DNA of 64,000 nt from Macrostomum lignano (taxonomy: Eukaryota), in NCBI GenBank assembly GCA_002269645.1, contig NIVC01001280.1:248001-312000 (forward strand). The letters are read 5' to 3'. Below are positions 13,249 through 26,361 of the stretch, in pieces. A program made the translations under genes and the position numbers. Under the pieces are notes generated by a model. It was given only the letters and a program-made list of their open reading frames with translations, did not search any database and was not told where the DNA came from. Positions within the stretch are counted from its first letter, which is position 1, and each line of letters opens with the position of its first letter.

Positions 13249-15294
13249 GGGGTGACCCGTTCAGCCTGTGGTCCAGCTAGGGTAATCCCTAGACAATTAG
13301 CCTGCTTGCAAAAGGGGATTTCCCTTCCGTAAAGCATGAGGGGCCGAATCTGTTCTTGGTCCTGCTGGTGAACATTATCGCTGCCGTCTTAGTCTCAGAG
13401 AGCTTGGACCACAACGATCCGCCCAGCGCTCAGCGGCGTAGATGAAATTCTAAAGAAGGTCCCTGAGGGTAACAGGGGACGGACTAGACGACACCGCGGT
13501 TAAATCGTCCGCATATCCTACTTTTAGAATGGGGTCCGGCCAAGAATTCTGAAGGAGCTCACCGATGACCATATTCCAGAGAACTGGGACAGCACCCCAT
13601 CTTGCGGGCTACCTTTGCAGACGGGGACCGTCCTCTGGTAGCCCAGCAGACTGGCGGTGCCGTGCGATGGCTGATATGGCTGATCATGTACATGATCCAC
13701 CTGGTGAGATTTGAGTACATTTGCCTCTCACAGAGGGCTCTTCGATAACGTCCTTTAGCTCTTCGAGGCGTTCCGAATTGGCGCCAATGGTGTCCAGGAA
13801 GATCCCCAGATGCGAAGTCAGTTCCAAGCACGGCCTTCTCTAGTTTATCGACCAGGACGTGCAGCGCACTTTCAGTGTAGCGACCCGCCTGAAATGCCTG
13901 CTGATTTTCGCTGAGGGTTTTGTTCTTAAGCTCCACAGAGAAGGCGCCAGAACACCGGTCTCTCCATCGGCTTGACCAGGGAGGAAGGAGATCAGGCTGA
14001 TCGGTCTGAAAGATTTGATAGATAGTAGTCCGGGTGGCCTGGCTAAGGATGAAAATCACCTTTGCCTCGGTCCAAGCCTGTGGGGTTTTGTAAATTGGCA
14101 CTTGGTCTCTTGTCTTGATAGACTCGTTGCAAAAACATTTAGTAGCACGTTCAAAGTTAATTACTGCAAACGCTAAAACACGGAAGTCCTAAAGTTTTCA
14201 AGGCTGGAAACTAATTCTGGTCGTCGTGACTTGTAAGGGACAAAAGGTGTGTTTCTTAAACGCGATGAATTATTTTTTTGTGAACCCGTGCATCCGGTGG
14301 TAAAAAAATTATCTTAGCTTTAACAAAAATAGAGCTATCTTATAGACCAAAGTTGACGAGCCATTTTTAAATTGATATAGAGACAGGCTTTCTGTTTATA
14401 GTATAAAAAGAGTCTTTGTTAAACTCTTTTAATCATACATGCGTCATAAGTTTACATTTTGTTTTGTTTTTCCATGAACAGTGTACAAATAAACTAGCTT
14501 TGTTTTTTTAGAATGTTAGATCGATCATCATCATTAGGGAAGGCGAATGGATGCTTGAAAAGTAAAAAAAAAATCGTGCTTAGTTAGGGCAAGCTGGCAC
14601 GTTTGGCTTTGTTGCTGTGTCTTCAAAGAAGTAAAGCATGCATGCACTTTTTAAAGCTTTATCTAAAAAATTAGAAAATTAGAATGAACCAAATAAACTG
14701 AAATAATAGGCCTTATTCAGATATTAGTAGGCCTATCTTTATCTATAATATAATTATATTTAATAATAAACTTTTGTTTGTAAATTGTTTGCTTAGCCTA
14801 GGGCCTACAACACATATAGTATTATATAATAGTTATACTACTATAGGGCTAATCTACAATATTTTTATTGTGTTTTCATATTTTGTTTGGCATATAAAAT
14901 TTGCCTAAAATAGTTGTAACATTACAGTTTAGTCCATATACTAAAAATTGTCTGTCCATAGATATGTGGGTAGGTAGGTATGTATATTATCAATTAAAAA
15001 AAACTGCTCAAACTTTGTAGAATAGAGTTAAATATGTAGAATCAAGAAAAAGTTTTATAAATTTAATTGAGTGACTCTGACCTTTTATACCCTAATAATG
15101 AATAGTTGACTATCATTGCCACACCATGGTTTCTTCTTTTTTAATTTGCCACATGCACTGAGCATTTGTCTCTTGCATTTTGATTTGTTACTACCTTTGC
15201 AATTATGTTCTATATTAATACCTTCTACTGAATGATTTAATGATGTAAATAATCAAATATACTATAAATGTCTATAATATTCCAGTTTGCACTG

Positions 15295-15870
15295 ATAAAA
15301 TCAATCTCTATAAAGAATCCCCTACCCATAAACCCCTCATCCTATTCCATGCCCTAATATTTAGTCATTGGCCTTTTTGATAAAGTCTACCCCTTTTCAC
15401 CTAAATCTGGAATTTATTAACACTTTCTTAAATAGGTCTCTAGTCCTTTATTCAAGTTTATGTCGATAGAATCAACCCTCATCAAGGATCTCCACCCTAA
15501 AACACCCCATTTTCCATGTCTCAATATTTGGTCATTGACCTTTTGGTAGGCCCTAGGGTCTACCCATCCCTTTCCCATGTCTGAAATTTATCAGCACTAT
15601 CTTGAATAGGTCTCTATGCCTCTATTTAACTTTATGTTGATAAAATCAACCCCTATAAAGAATCCTCTATCCTTAAAACCCTTATCTTATTCCCCATGCC
15701 CAAGTGTTTAGTCATTGACCTTTTGGAAACGTCTACCTTTCCATATAAGTCTAGAATTTATTATTACTATCTTGAATAGATCTCCATGCCTCTTTTCAAG
15801 TTTATGTTGATAAAATCAATCCCTATGAGGAATCTCCCTATCCTAAAACCCCCTATTTCCTATGCCCTAA
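15295..15870. repeat. Diverged tandem repeat, ~170-bp unit, ~3.3 copies
   Basis: Recurring AATCAA(T/C)C...AAGAATC...GTCATTG(G/A)CCTTTT...AATAG(G/A)TCTC blocks starting near 15300, 15470, 15645 and 15813. Confidence 0.75.
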
Positions 15871-18346
15871 TGGTTGGTTTTAAGCTATATATAGTTGGAT
15901 TTAAGCTATCAAAAATGAAACTCAAATTTGAAATCAGCACTATCAAAAACTTTTATAGAAAAAAATTGATCCTGTTAAAGTTGCAACTAATTTATCAATA
16001 TAAACTTGAAGATGTCCCATTCTTTATTAAAATCTATTATCTAAATAGATATAAACAACTTATTTTTGTATGTCGGAATTTAATACTTTATTAAAAATAC
16101 TTTTTCATAGCTATATTTAAATTTTATTTTTTATTGAACATCAACATAATTATATTTCATATCACATTTCAATTCAAATCATATTCTAATCATATTTATT
16201 TTAATCTTAAAGTCTTATTTAATTTAGTTAAAATTATGCATTGACTTATAAACAAAAGCCCATGTAATATAGGCTTAGTATATAATTGATTGTTTATCTA
16301 ATGCTGTTTAGTTTAGATTAAAATTATAAATAAAACTGATTATCCTAGTATTTTTTTTGGTCTAATATAGCATAAATTGATAAACTTTTCTTTGTAAAGC
16401 CCTTATGCTTAAAGGACTATCAATTAATCTATCAATAAATAATCCTTATTTTTTCATTTTTTTAAAAACTATAAAATTGTTAAATTCAGGACCAAAAATT
16501 AAAAATTAAACCTTACAATGATGATAAAATATAAAAATACATATAATTAGGCCTTCTCAAAAATTTAGTCATAGTTATTTTAGGCCTTAAATATAGACTA
16601 ATGGTAAAATCTTCATTTTTACTATTAAGCGTTTTTAGATACTTGTCTCCCAGATAGCTATATATGATTGAATAGATAAGACTAGGGTTAGGATACTAGT
16701 CAAGGGAGCAAAGAGTACACAAGATAAACAGAAGACTCCCTAGTACTTTGATGAAAAGTAGAAACAGCTATTTACTCCATTGAGATGGTAATGATATAGC
16801 CTGTATTTCTGTTTTTTTTGCCTCAGTGAAAAGAGGCTTATAGCTCTTAAAAACTTTCAAAACCTTTCATAAAATAATGACAATCCTTAGCTGTTTGTTT
16901 GCCTTGAATGTATAATTGAACTATATCACTAATGTCTAAAGCAGAAGTCTTAACAGATGATAATAGTAGTGGCCTTGGGCCAAGTGGAGATGTAGCATTT
17001 GTAAGCTATTCTAGTACTTCAAAAACAGTGGCATGGACTAGAATAAGATACTCTGGGACTCAGGGATTCTAGTCTCTCCCTGTATACCAGTGGTATAGGT
17101 TGCCACATATATACCCAACCTCAAAATTTCTCCCATCCAGTATGACTTTGTTTTGTCCAGATTTGCAACTTAGTTCCTCCCAATTGCATTTCCCTGATTG
17201 AAATTTAATTTTCACTTTGTATATGACTTTTCTTGCCTTTTTCTCTTTTCTCTCTCTCTTTCTCTCTCCTCTTTCCCCTCTTTTTCTCTCTTCTCTTTCC
17301 CTTCTCTTTCTTCTCCTTCCTTTCTTTTCTCTTTCTCTTCTTTCTCCCAATTTTCATTTTTTGCATTTTCAATTTTGCGATTTACTTTGGCCAGCAGCCA
17401 TTTCACCTGTCTGGCTCGGATAGGTTGGATGGGTGTTGGGCATGTATGGGTTGCCATTGTAGCAGTAATAGCATCATCAGTTGAAATAGACAGACAAGTC
17501 CTGGCATTGTGGTATTCTCTATGACTATGTGATCAAGAATTAGTCTAGCTTTTGCTGCTTTGGTTGAAGTGAAGCCTTGCAGATGATACTAGTAGATGTC
17601 ACCAGTCTCACCACTGACAGATTTTCATAAGTTGTAAGTCAAAAGTAAAAGCTGATGCTATGTTATATGTTTATGCTATATAAATGTATATAAATATAAA
17701 ATTTTGAATTTAATAATAGTAATAACAATGAATTGAGCAATCACAATTGGCCTGAGTAATACTAATATTAATATATAAAAATTTTTTATATTTAAATAGT
17801 TATTGTTTATTTAATTTATTTAAAATTAAATAAAGGAAAATTGTGTTAATTTACTGTTAGCTTTAGCTAAAGCTATATATGATATGACAACTTTGTATTG
17901 TAATACAATAGCTATATTATGCAAGAAGAATGAATCATGATAAATATTGAATAAACATAAACATAGTGAGCTGGAAATTGAATAAGAATAAGCTATTATT
18001 AATTGTTAATGATGATAAATTACAGTAATAATAAACAAGAGAAGATACATAATTTACACACTAGAGAATAAAAATTTAGAAAAGTAGGCTACACTAGATA
18101 GATTGGATATTAGATTAGATTAGATATAAGTAGTTAATATTGTAACTTTTTGTGAGTCCATTTATTTAAATTATAACCATAGACAATTGCAAGAAAAATC
18201 ACCAAGCCTAAGAGCCTAGGTAGAATTTAATTTAAAAACAGATAAACTGCCTTTTGGATTACTGTGAAGCATGCCTCTTATGTTGCAGCGAGTGCCAAAT
18301 TTTAACTGCAACTAATAAATAAACCTTCTCACTCCAGTAAGCACAA

Positions 18347-21300
18347 ATGGCAGATGCAGCAGCAATTGCTCCAGTGGCTGGTGAGGCACCAGCAGCCGCC
18401 GCTGGCGACGCTCAACAGGGTGGGGAGCAGCAGCAACGGCCTAACGGTTGGGCCATGGTCAAAGGGTTCATTGTACGCATGCTCATTATCTACTTCATCA
18501 GCAGCTTGTTCCGGCGTGGCCAACAACCCCAGACTGCACCTGGCGATCCATCCGCCCCAGCTTCGGCCGGCAGCGGCTTCCGGGTGCCCTGCCAAAACAT
18601 TTTCCCAAAGAACAGCAAGCTGGACCTGTGGATTTTCGTCAACGAGCAGCAGAACTTCACTCGGTTTAACGAGGCCTCAGATCTGTTCTGGCACCAGCCG
18701 GGCCTAGTGTACGGCGACTGGGAAAGCGGCGAGAATCGGGACGGGGTGTACTACAAGCACGGAAAGATCAAGGTGCCCGAGACTGTCATGAAAAACGGCA
18801 GTCTGTACATTCACACCTTTGTGGTGCGACCAGGCAACTCGCCCGATCCGAGCAGCCGTTATCACGACAAGCGCTACACAATGCACAGCGGCCGAATGCT
18901 TACCAAGTACAAGCGGAGGCGGGTGTCTAACACCCAAAACCTTATTACGGGAAGCACCGAAGGTCCACTCGACAAGGAAGGACTGGCAGGTGGTACCACA
19001 CACCTTCCGCCCAGTACTCACTGGCACCCAAACCTCACCATCAGCCTCATTGATGATCACACACCGTGGACCCCCGGATCTCTGCCGCCTCCCCTTGATG
19101 AGTATGTGCAATTCCATCCTCCAACCAACGAGTACTATCCTATTCTGTACTACAATGATTACTGGAATTTAAACTCTGACTACATGCCAGTGAATGACAC
19201 AACGCCGCTTCTGAACCTAACAGTGACGTTTCAACCATTGTCTCTCTTTCGCTGGCAGCTTTATGCAGCCCAGTCTATGCGCAATAAGTGGTACGGGGCT
19301 TTTCTTGGCGAGGATACATTCCAAGAGTCTGATGAAGAGCAAGACACGTTGAAGAGAACCCTGGTCGAGACCAATCCCTACCTACTTGCCCTAACTGTGG
19401 TGGTGAGCCTTGTGCACTCTGTGTTTGAGTTTCTGGCTTTTAAAAATGACATCCAGTTCTGGCGCAGCCGACAGTCGCTCGAGGGTCTCAGCGTACGCAG
19501 CGTCTTTTTCAGCGTGTTTCAGTCCGTTGTGGTTCTGCTGTACGTGATGGATAATGAGACCAACTTTGTTGTGCGCGTATCGGTCTTTGTCGGCCTGCTG
19601 ATCGAGCTGTGGAAGATCAAGAAAGTAGTAGATATACAGGTGGACTGGACCGCCAAGCTGCTGGGTCTGATTCCGCGGGTGCACATACGAGAGAAGTCCA
19701 CCTATACTGAATCGCCAACAAAAAAATACGACCAGATGGCCTTCCGTTACCTCAGCTGGCTGCTGTTCCCCCTATTGGGGATGTACGCGGTTTATTCCCT
19801 GCTATACCAGGAGCATAAGAGCTGGTACTCTTGGGTGCTCAGCATGCTGTATGGATTCCTGCTCACGTTCGGCTTCATCATGATGACGCCACAGCTGTTT
19901 ATAAATTACAAGATGAAGTCCGTAGCCCACCTGCCTTGGCGTATGCTCACCTACAAGGCACTCAACACCTTCATTGACGACATCTTCGCCTTCGTCATCC
20001 GCATGCCCACCCTTTACCGAATTGGCTGTCTTCGCGATGGTGCGTCATTATCTGTTATTATTTTTTGCTTTATGTATTCTGAGCACAGTGACAAGCGTTT
20101 TACTACTAATGCGCGTGTGGGATGCATTTTAACGAGTTTATTATGGCAGATGTAGTGAAATGTAAAAAGTCAATAATCTAGTCAAAGAAATTAAAACAAA
20201 AGTTGATATCATTAACGCGTGGTGATGGGTCTATGAAATTTGCTAGCAGGAAATCTGCTAGTCGAAGTTTGCTAGCGAGAAATTTGCTTGCCGAAGTCTG
20301 CTAGCCGAAATCTGCTAACCGAAATATGCTAGCCGAAGTCTGCTAACCGAAATCTGCTAGCCGAAGTTTGCTAGCGAGAAATTTGCTTGCCGAAATCTGC
20401 TAGCCGAAATCTGCTAGCCGAAGTTTGCTAGCGAGAAGTTTGCTAGCCGAAATCTGCTAGCCGAAGTTTGCCCGCCGAAGCTTGCTAGCAGGAATTTTGC
20501 TAAGCGAGGATTTTGCTAGCCGAGATTTGCTAGCAAGAATTTTGCTGGCCGAAAGTTGCTAGCAGGAATTTTGCTAGCGAGTATTTAGCTAGCCAAAATC
20601 TGCTAGCATCCTATTTGCTGACCGGTGTCGAAAGATTGCTTGTTTTCTGGCAATGGCAATGAATGGTTTTAGCTAAAAAAAATCCAGAGAAGTGGGTAAA
20701 AATCCCAAATATTTTATAACCAAAAGCATCAGCATCAGTTCAAGTGCTTGGAAGATCAGTTTGTCATTGTGGGGGACAGAATGCTCTTAAGTCGCAGATA
20801 GCTCGTAGTAGGACGGTAGTTGAATTCATTACTAAACTGTCATGGCTAAACGTTAGCAGAGAAGGCTATAAAAAGTTATTCCAAAACAATGTACATTTGC
20901 TATGTACATTGAGCCCTATCACCTGATTCTTGGTCTGGGGGAATGAGTTGGATGAGTCCGATGAGCGGCACAATAGAAAAAGCAGACAAACTTCACATGC
21001 CTACACTTTCTGTCCTAATTGAGGTACAAAGTTGAGACTTTATATTTAGACAGATAATGAGTCAATGAAGAATTGTATCAATTTTAAAGTCAATCGCTGT
21101 ACGTGGAGCAAACTTATGGCAGCTGAAAGTTAATTAATTTTGAAGTACTTGTGCTTCTCCTGCTGTCTAGCACAGTGATTTGGGCTCTCCGTCTTCTCAC
21201 TCGGAAGCCATCTTTACTCTCAGTAGCGTAGGTAGTGCTGCCACCAGTTCCTTCAGGTCTCTGCCTTCGGTGAGGTGAGCTTCCCGTCCGAACGAAATAA

Positions 21301-24300
21301 CGAAGTCAACGAACTCAGCACCGGGTGCAGATTTGCAGTTCTACCTACAAGGCATCTCGTCAGCAGCACCTGCCGGGCTTGGTTGGTACAGGGAGGGCTG
21401 AGTTAGCCTCTCGTAGGCTTAGGGTTTGCTTTAGTAGGATCACAGTCAGACTAATACAAGCAGACTCAATGTACGCAAAGGGCTTCAGTTAATAACGCAC
21501 ACGAGATCTTAGAAGTTTAGAGGCAAGTAAAGACTCCGGCAAAGACTCCTTGACGGAAACAAGGGGGAGAGGGGTCCTATTTATAGCCGGGATTCTCCCG
21601 CGCACAAGACCTCGTGACTTGTTCTATTTTTAGAACTGACGTCACTTGAGGTCTCCGGCCAGAGTACACGCGGCTGTGACTCAGCTGCTATTTTTAGCAA
21701 CATGAGTCACTCCTCTCCTTAGAGAAGGGAGGGGTCCGAAAGCACGTGATTCTCCCGGTAAACAGGGCCAATGAGTGCAGTAAACACGTTTACTGCACTT
21801 TAAGACTCCAAGAATGCAAGATCTGTCATGTGACTTGCTCACATGACAGAAGAAAACGGGACGGGAACGAAACAGAGACAGCCTACAGCGGAGAAGCTGA
21901 GGGCTGAGAACAGAGACGCAGAAGGGCAGAACAGCAAAAAGGGGGGGCGGCAAGCAGACAGACAAAGGGAGGCGGGAAGCTGACCAGCGGCAGACAGCAA
22001 TCCGGGGAAGGCGAGGGCAAGGGAAACTGCTGACAAAGTGTGACGCGTAACACTTAAACTAGCGGCTCACTACAATTTTAAACCCCTTTCACACATCTGT
22101 CCAGTGGCCAGGAAGGAGAGAGAGGCGGAGGTTGGAGTGGCTGTCTCGCTGACGAAAAGCAGACTAACTTTAAAAGTACACAGTGCCGTTCAGAATTAAC
22201 TTCGAGACTCGAAAATTTACACGATTTTGTCAAAATAGTTGAAAATTGATTGTGTCCAATTTGAAGAGGATTGGTAAAAGTGGAGCGACGCTGTAGAGGA
22301 TTTAGTGAAATTCTTGCGAAACTGGACAAGCAAAATTGTCTCTAGCTAATTACAACTTCTTGTGTTCGGCTAGCCAAATTGCTGCTTGCTGGTTTTGGTT
22401 GGATTCCCGCTAGCAGATTTCAGCTAGCTAAATACTCGCTAGCAAAATTCCTGCTAGCAAGCTTCGCCGGGCAAACTTTGGCTAGCAGATTTCGGCTAGC
22501 AAACTTCGGCTAGCAAACCTCGGCTAGCAGATTTCCTGCTAGCAAATCTCGTACTCCCGTGGTGATACGTCCGAAGCCGGAATTATCTCAAACAATTTGT
22601 CTATCCTAGATAGACCCTTACTCAAACAAAAATTTAATCGAATGGTTGCTGCCCGGCACTGCTAACACACATCTTGGTCGGACAAAGACCGGCTCGTCAC
22701 TACATAGTGACAGGGCATTGCAACTGGAGATTTTTATCACTTGCGCGCTGAGAGTAAAAGCATTTATAGAGTCGCTCGCATTATCAGAGTGAGGCGCCTC
22801 ATCGGACTCCGTTGTCCTTGTGCTTGGAATATGCCAGCCTGGTGCACAATTCACTGCCCTGGAACTGCGACGAGTAGTTAAAGCTAGTTGTACACTAAAT
22901 TGTAAAAATTTTGCTTATCTAATACAGTGATTGGTATAAACCTACCTCAGACAGGCCTTTGCACTCAGGTTCTCCAAAAATTCTTAAAGGAATCGATATC
23001 CTCGAGCGGGCTTCTCGTATAAAAGGGCAGATTCTGGTACTTAACCAACGGTGGAACTATTTTTTTCTGGTTGGCATTCAAGCTCGTAGTAAAAAGATAA
23101 TTAATATTCACTCTGTTGATCTCTTTTTTCTCTTTTGAGGTCCAGATACTATAGTTCACACAGACTTTTCAATGAAAACCTGAATATACTACCCCAAAGC
23201 CATATAATACCCCATCCCCGAGCTGTTTGTTCTACAGATATAGCGTGTTACGAGTACTGTCTCTCTAGACCATGGATGAAGGAATACTATGGATTGCTCT
23301 TCTGAAACCTGGAATATACCCCCGTAGGAAACTATTGGCTGATCAAAGTTAAAAATAAACCTCCATAGGACTCGATTTGCTGTTGAATAAGTTCGTCAGA
23401 TGATATTTGCATTTCCAACTTTCACCCGCCAAATTGACTAGAAATTGTTTCAGATGAGCAATCCATAGTACAGTATTCCTTCATCCATGCTCTAGACCAT
23501 AGACTAGCGTAGTATCGGGAAACACTATTCAATGCCGGGAAACACTAGTCAATGCCGGGAAACACTATTCAATGCCAGGAAACACTTCAATGCCAGGAAA
23601 CACTATTCAATGCCAGGAAACACTATTCAATGCCAGGAAACACTATTCAATGCCAGGAAACACTATTCAATGCCAGGAAACACTAGTCAATGCCGGGAAA
23701 CACTATTCAATGCCAGGAAACACTTCAATGCCAGGAAACACTATTCAATGCCAGGAAACACTATTCAATGCCAGGAAACACTAGTCAATGCCAGGAAACA
23801 CTATTCAATGCCAGGAAACACTATTCAATGCCAGGAAACACTATTCAATGCCAGGAAACACTAGTCAATGCCGGGAAACACTATTCAATGCCAGGAAACA
23901 CTTCAATGCCAGGAAACACTATTCAATGCCAGGAAACACTAGTCAATGCCAGGAAACGCTATTCAATGCCAGGAAACACTATTCAATGCCAGGAAACACT
24001 AGTCAATGCCGGGAAACACTAGTCAGTGCACTCCTCTGCAGTCGGGTGCCTTGGGCCTGTTATTCCAATATTATGCATCCCGACTGCAGAAGAATAATAT
24101 ACGATTAATACGAGCTATATGTATGCTTCATAGTATTTAATATTTCAGTTGGGGTTTTATTGGAAGCCAGCTGAAATATCTGGGTAAACTTAATGTCTTT
24201 CAACATCATGTTATAGAAATTTTGTATTTGTCAAAACATAATAAAAAGTAACATCAGAAAACATAGCACCCTGTCAGACCAATGAGATGAGAATCAAATA

Positions 24301-24585
24301 TGTACACGCGCGACTCTCAGTTGCTGAATAATTGCTATTAACTTTTCTCAAATACCTCTTTGCATTCTTCCCACAGACGTGATATTCTTCATCTACCTGT
24401 ACCAGCGCTACATTTACCCCATGGATCCGAAACGGGTGAATGAGTACGGCGTGAGCCAAGAGATGCTGCAACAGCCGGAGCAGGACGTCGCCAACGCTGC
24501 TGAGACACCTGCGGTACCAGAGGCAGTCGAGGAGGAGACAGCATCCTCAGGCGTGACTAACCCGGAGGAGAAAAAAGAGCAGTGA
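18347..24585 (+). CDS. CLPTM1: Cleft lip and palate transmembrane protein 1 homolog (lipid scramblase family), 2 exons, 633 aa
   Basis: join(18347..20039,24377..24585) = 1902 nt. The GT-AG phase-1 intron restores LRD|DVIFFIYLYQRYIYPMDPKRVNEYG. Hallmarks ETNPYLLALT, FEFLAFKNDIQFW, PQLFINYKMKSVAHLPWRMLTYKALNTFIDD. Confidence 0.95.
20227..22557. mobile_element. Foldback/Mutator-like element with inverted minisatellite arms, in the CLPTM1 intron
   Basis: 14-15-bp GCTAGCCGAAATCT-type arrays at 20235-20610 and, inverted, at ~22405-22550. GG...CC termini. Exact 9-bp TSD CGTGGTGAT at 20218-20226 and 22558-22566. Confidence 0.8.
21150..22052 (-). mobile_element. Solo LTR-like sequence inside the foldback element
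   Basis: TG...CA ends, TATA-like GGCTATAAATAGG on the minus strand. Its 3' part is homologous to 33595-33800 (AGCCCGGCAGG...CTGACGAG...AAATCTGCAC...CTGGTGGCAGCACTACC). No TSD found. Confidence 0.55.
23271..23489. mobile_element. P-type MITE (CATGGATGAAGGAATA TIR)
   Basis: TIRs share the terminal CATGGATGAA with the element at 9819. Exact TSD CTCTAGAC at 23263-23270 and 23490-23497. Confidence 0.9.
23515..24025. repeat. Minisatellite, 20-bp unit ATGCCAGGAAACACTATTCA (~25 copies)
   Basis: Directly visible. Interspersed variants: CACTAGTCA, GCCGGGAAA and an 18-bp deletion unit. Explains the repetitive ORFs at 23532-24108. Confidence 0.95.
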
Positions 24586-25593
24586 CTTTTATGCAATGTT
24601 GCGGGAGCAGCTTTGTAACTTTTAATTTGCGGCTTGTGCGCACTGGCGCGATTGTTGCTTTTTATTATTATTACATTATATTATTACAAATATTAAATAA
24701 CGCTATCAACAACCTTATTCTTATGTAGGCTGGAGCTGCGATCAATTTATTGTACCTTCTACCCTAGTAGTTGTAGTCGTTTGTATGCGCTTGTGTCCTC
24801 ATCCGATCTATTATGGGTTGCTTTGTTTTTTGTTTGCTTTGTCAGGCAAAGCATTATTGTTATATTCTAACATCTTTTTGAAGCCTGCAAGCTGAATTTC
24901 CTAAAAAATGTTAAATAATTGTTGTTTCGCATCTATCTTATTATTGCTGCCTCCATGGTAGCTTTGCTAGCCCCGCTTCCAGTGAATAAATTAGCTTACT
25001 TAGGTTTTAAATTCGCCACCAGACGTAACCAACGGTATTTGCTACCGTTCTGGCTCCATTTGTGTTATTTCTTCAGTATTATATTGCGTTTATGAAAAAT
25101 CACTCTTATTATCAGCAATAGTGGCAATAATTTAGTCGAGTTTCCATCTTTTATGTCAGTAGTGCTGTGAGAGTATAAAAAGGAAATTTTTGTTGGCTCC
25201 CGTATTTGGATAATAATTTTACGCCAAAGACAAGAAGACTCTGCCACGAATCTTTATTATATTCACAACACACTACTAACATTAAAATTTTGAATCCGAC
25301 TGACAGAGTGGCCCATCTGTTATATTATCGACGGCAGCTAGGCTGTTGACTTAGTGCATTTTTATCAGCTTTAAAGCAGATGGATAAAATTTTCCGGCGC
25401 TTTAAGCAGCACAAATTCAATTTTATGCGTAGCGTAGGTACTTGGCGTCTTATTAAATAATAAAAACTTTGGAATTTTCGGGAAAAATATAACAATAAGA
25501 ATTTTTGTCAGATTTTTTGATGCATTAACAGATTTTTTTGTTTCAACGGTTGGTATATTTTTTGAATCTTTGATTTCCCGCAGCGCTGGAAAT

Positions 25594-25785
25594 ATGGCCG
25601 GAGGTGATCACTACCCGGACGACATGTTCAAGGGCTGGCGGCGGTATTACAATACCTACACTACCAGGGGTCGCTTTAACATCGTCATGAGCACCTGGGG
25701 CGGCCTGTTCGCTTTAGTGTTTCTCATGAAGAGGCGTGGCGGGAACAATGCCATCGAGCAGCAAAAGCCTAGTCACCACAAGTGA
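25594..25785 (+). CDS. ATP5MK: ATP synthase membrane subunit K (DAPIT/USMG5) homolog, 63 aa
   Basis: MAGGDHYPDDMFKGWRRYYNTYTTRGRFNIVMSTWGGLFALVFLMKRR follows the DAPIT pattern (G..KYFNSYT..GR.N.V..T.G + TM + basic tail). Acceptor-like TTCCCGCAG ends at 25583, 10 nt before the ATG. Confidence 0.85.
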   Translation: MAGGDHYPDDMFKGWRRYYNTYTTRGRFNIVMSTWGGLFALVFLMKRRGGNNAIEQQKPSHHK

Positions 25786-26361
25786 CTCCTGATTGTGTGA
25801 ACTGTTCTTGCACACACTGCTCTAGCTAATTAGACATCTTTTGGTTTTCTCTACAGAACAGAAAATCATCAACCATAGAAAACCAGCCCAGTTCAGCGTA
25901 CCAGCTGCACCCTAGAAACTAGGATCACATTATTTCGCTCGTAGTATGTCAAAAATGTTATCACCTTCCAACAAAATGATTTGAAAAAACGCAGAATCTA
26001 TATCTAGCTGTGTACTTTTCGTGTCCCCTTTCAAAAAAATAAATTAAATGGTTCATAAAGTTTCACCACATTACGTGCTGCCTTTGTGACTGGCTTGGTA
26101 GCTGCGATCTAGTAGGTTGTAATAAAAATGCTTTCACTTGTCCGTTTCGATTTCTATGGCTTTGTTGGTCCATCCAGACATAAGTTTCACAAGCAGTTCA
26201 ATTTCACGAGCGTCAAATATAGATTTTTGCAGCCCATTTGGCATTGCAATTGTTCAAGCGCATTGAATTTTATTCAAGATATGTTTGCCAATGTAACGGA
26301 GCTTTTGTCTATGGTAGCTCGTAGCAAGTCTGGCAAAGAGCGGCATTCAGTTTGGTTGAAC

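Larger units (their letters stand above)
8335..14100 (-). mobile_element. Degenerate RT + RNase H non-LTR retrotransposon, split by the P-element insertion
   Basis: RT fragments QQAFQAGRYTESALHVLVDKLEK (13559-14101) and ANCLGITL. The frame resumes beyond the P-element as PHVQAKAKRALAVLAQLRRAAG. RNase H VFQNEVLAISSC...VIHSDSQAA (9040-9240). 3' motif GCGGAATGGGCG at 8408-8397, then GCTAAGTCA. Confidence 0.85.

Noticed and set aside
17069-17524. Arg/Glu/Lys-rich and Phe/Ser/Leu-rich ORFs
   Set aside because: Driven by a (CT)-type microsatellite at ~17225-17345; not credible as independent genes.
20040-20155. C-terminal 38 aa of the 602-aa ORF as part of CLPTM1
   Set aside because: Read-through into the intron; the conserved C-terminus is encoded at 24377-24585.
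23515-24025. Regular short repeats resembling a CRISPR array; also 54495-55010 and 20235-20610
   Set aside because: Units are directly adjacent with no unique spacers, there are no cas genes, and the context is eukaryotic.
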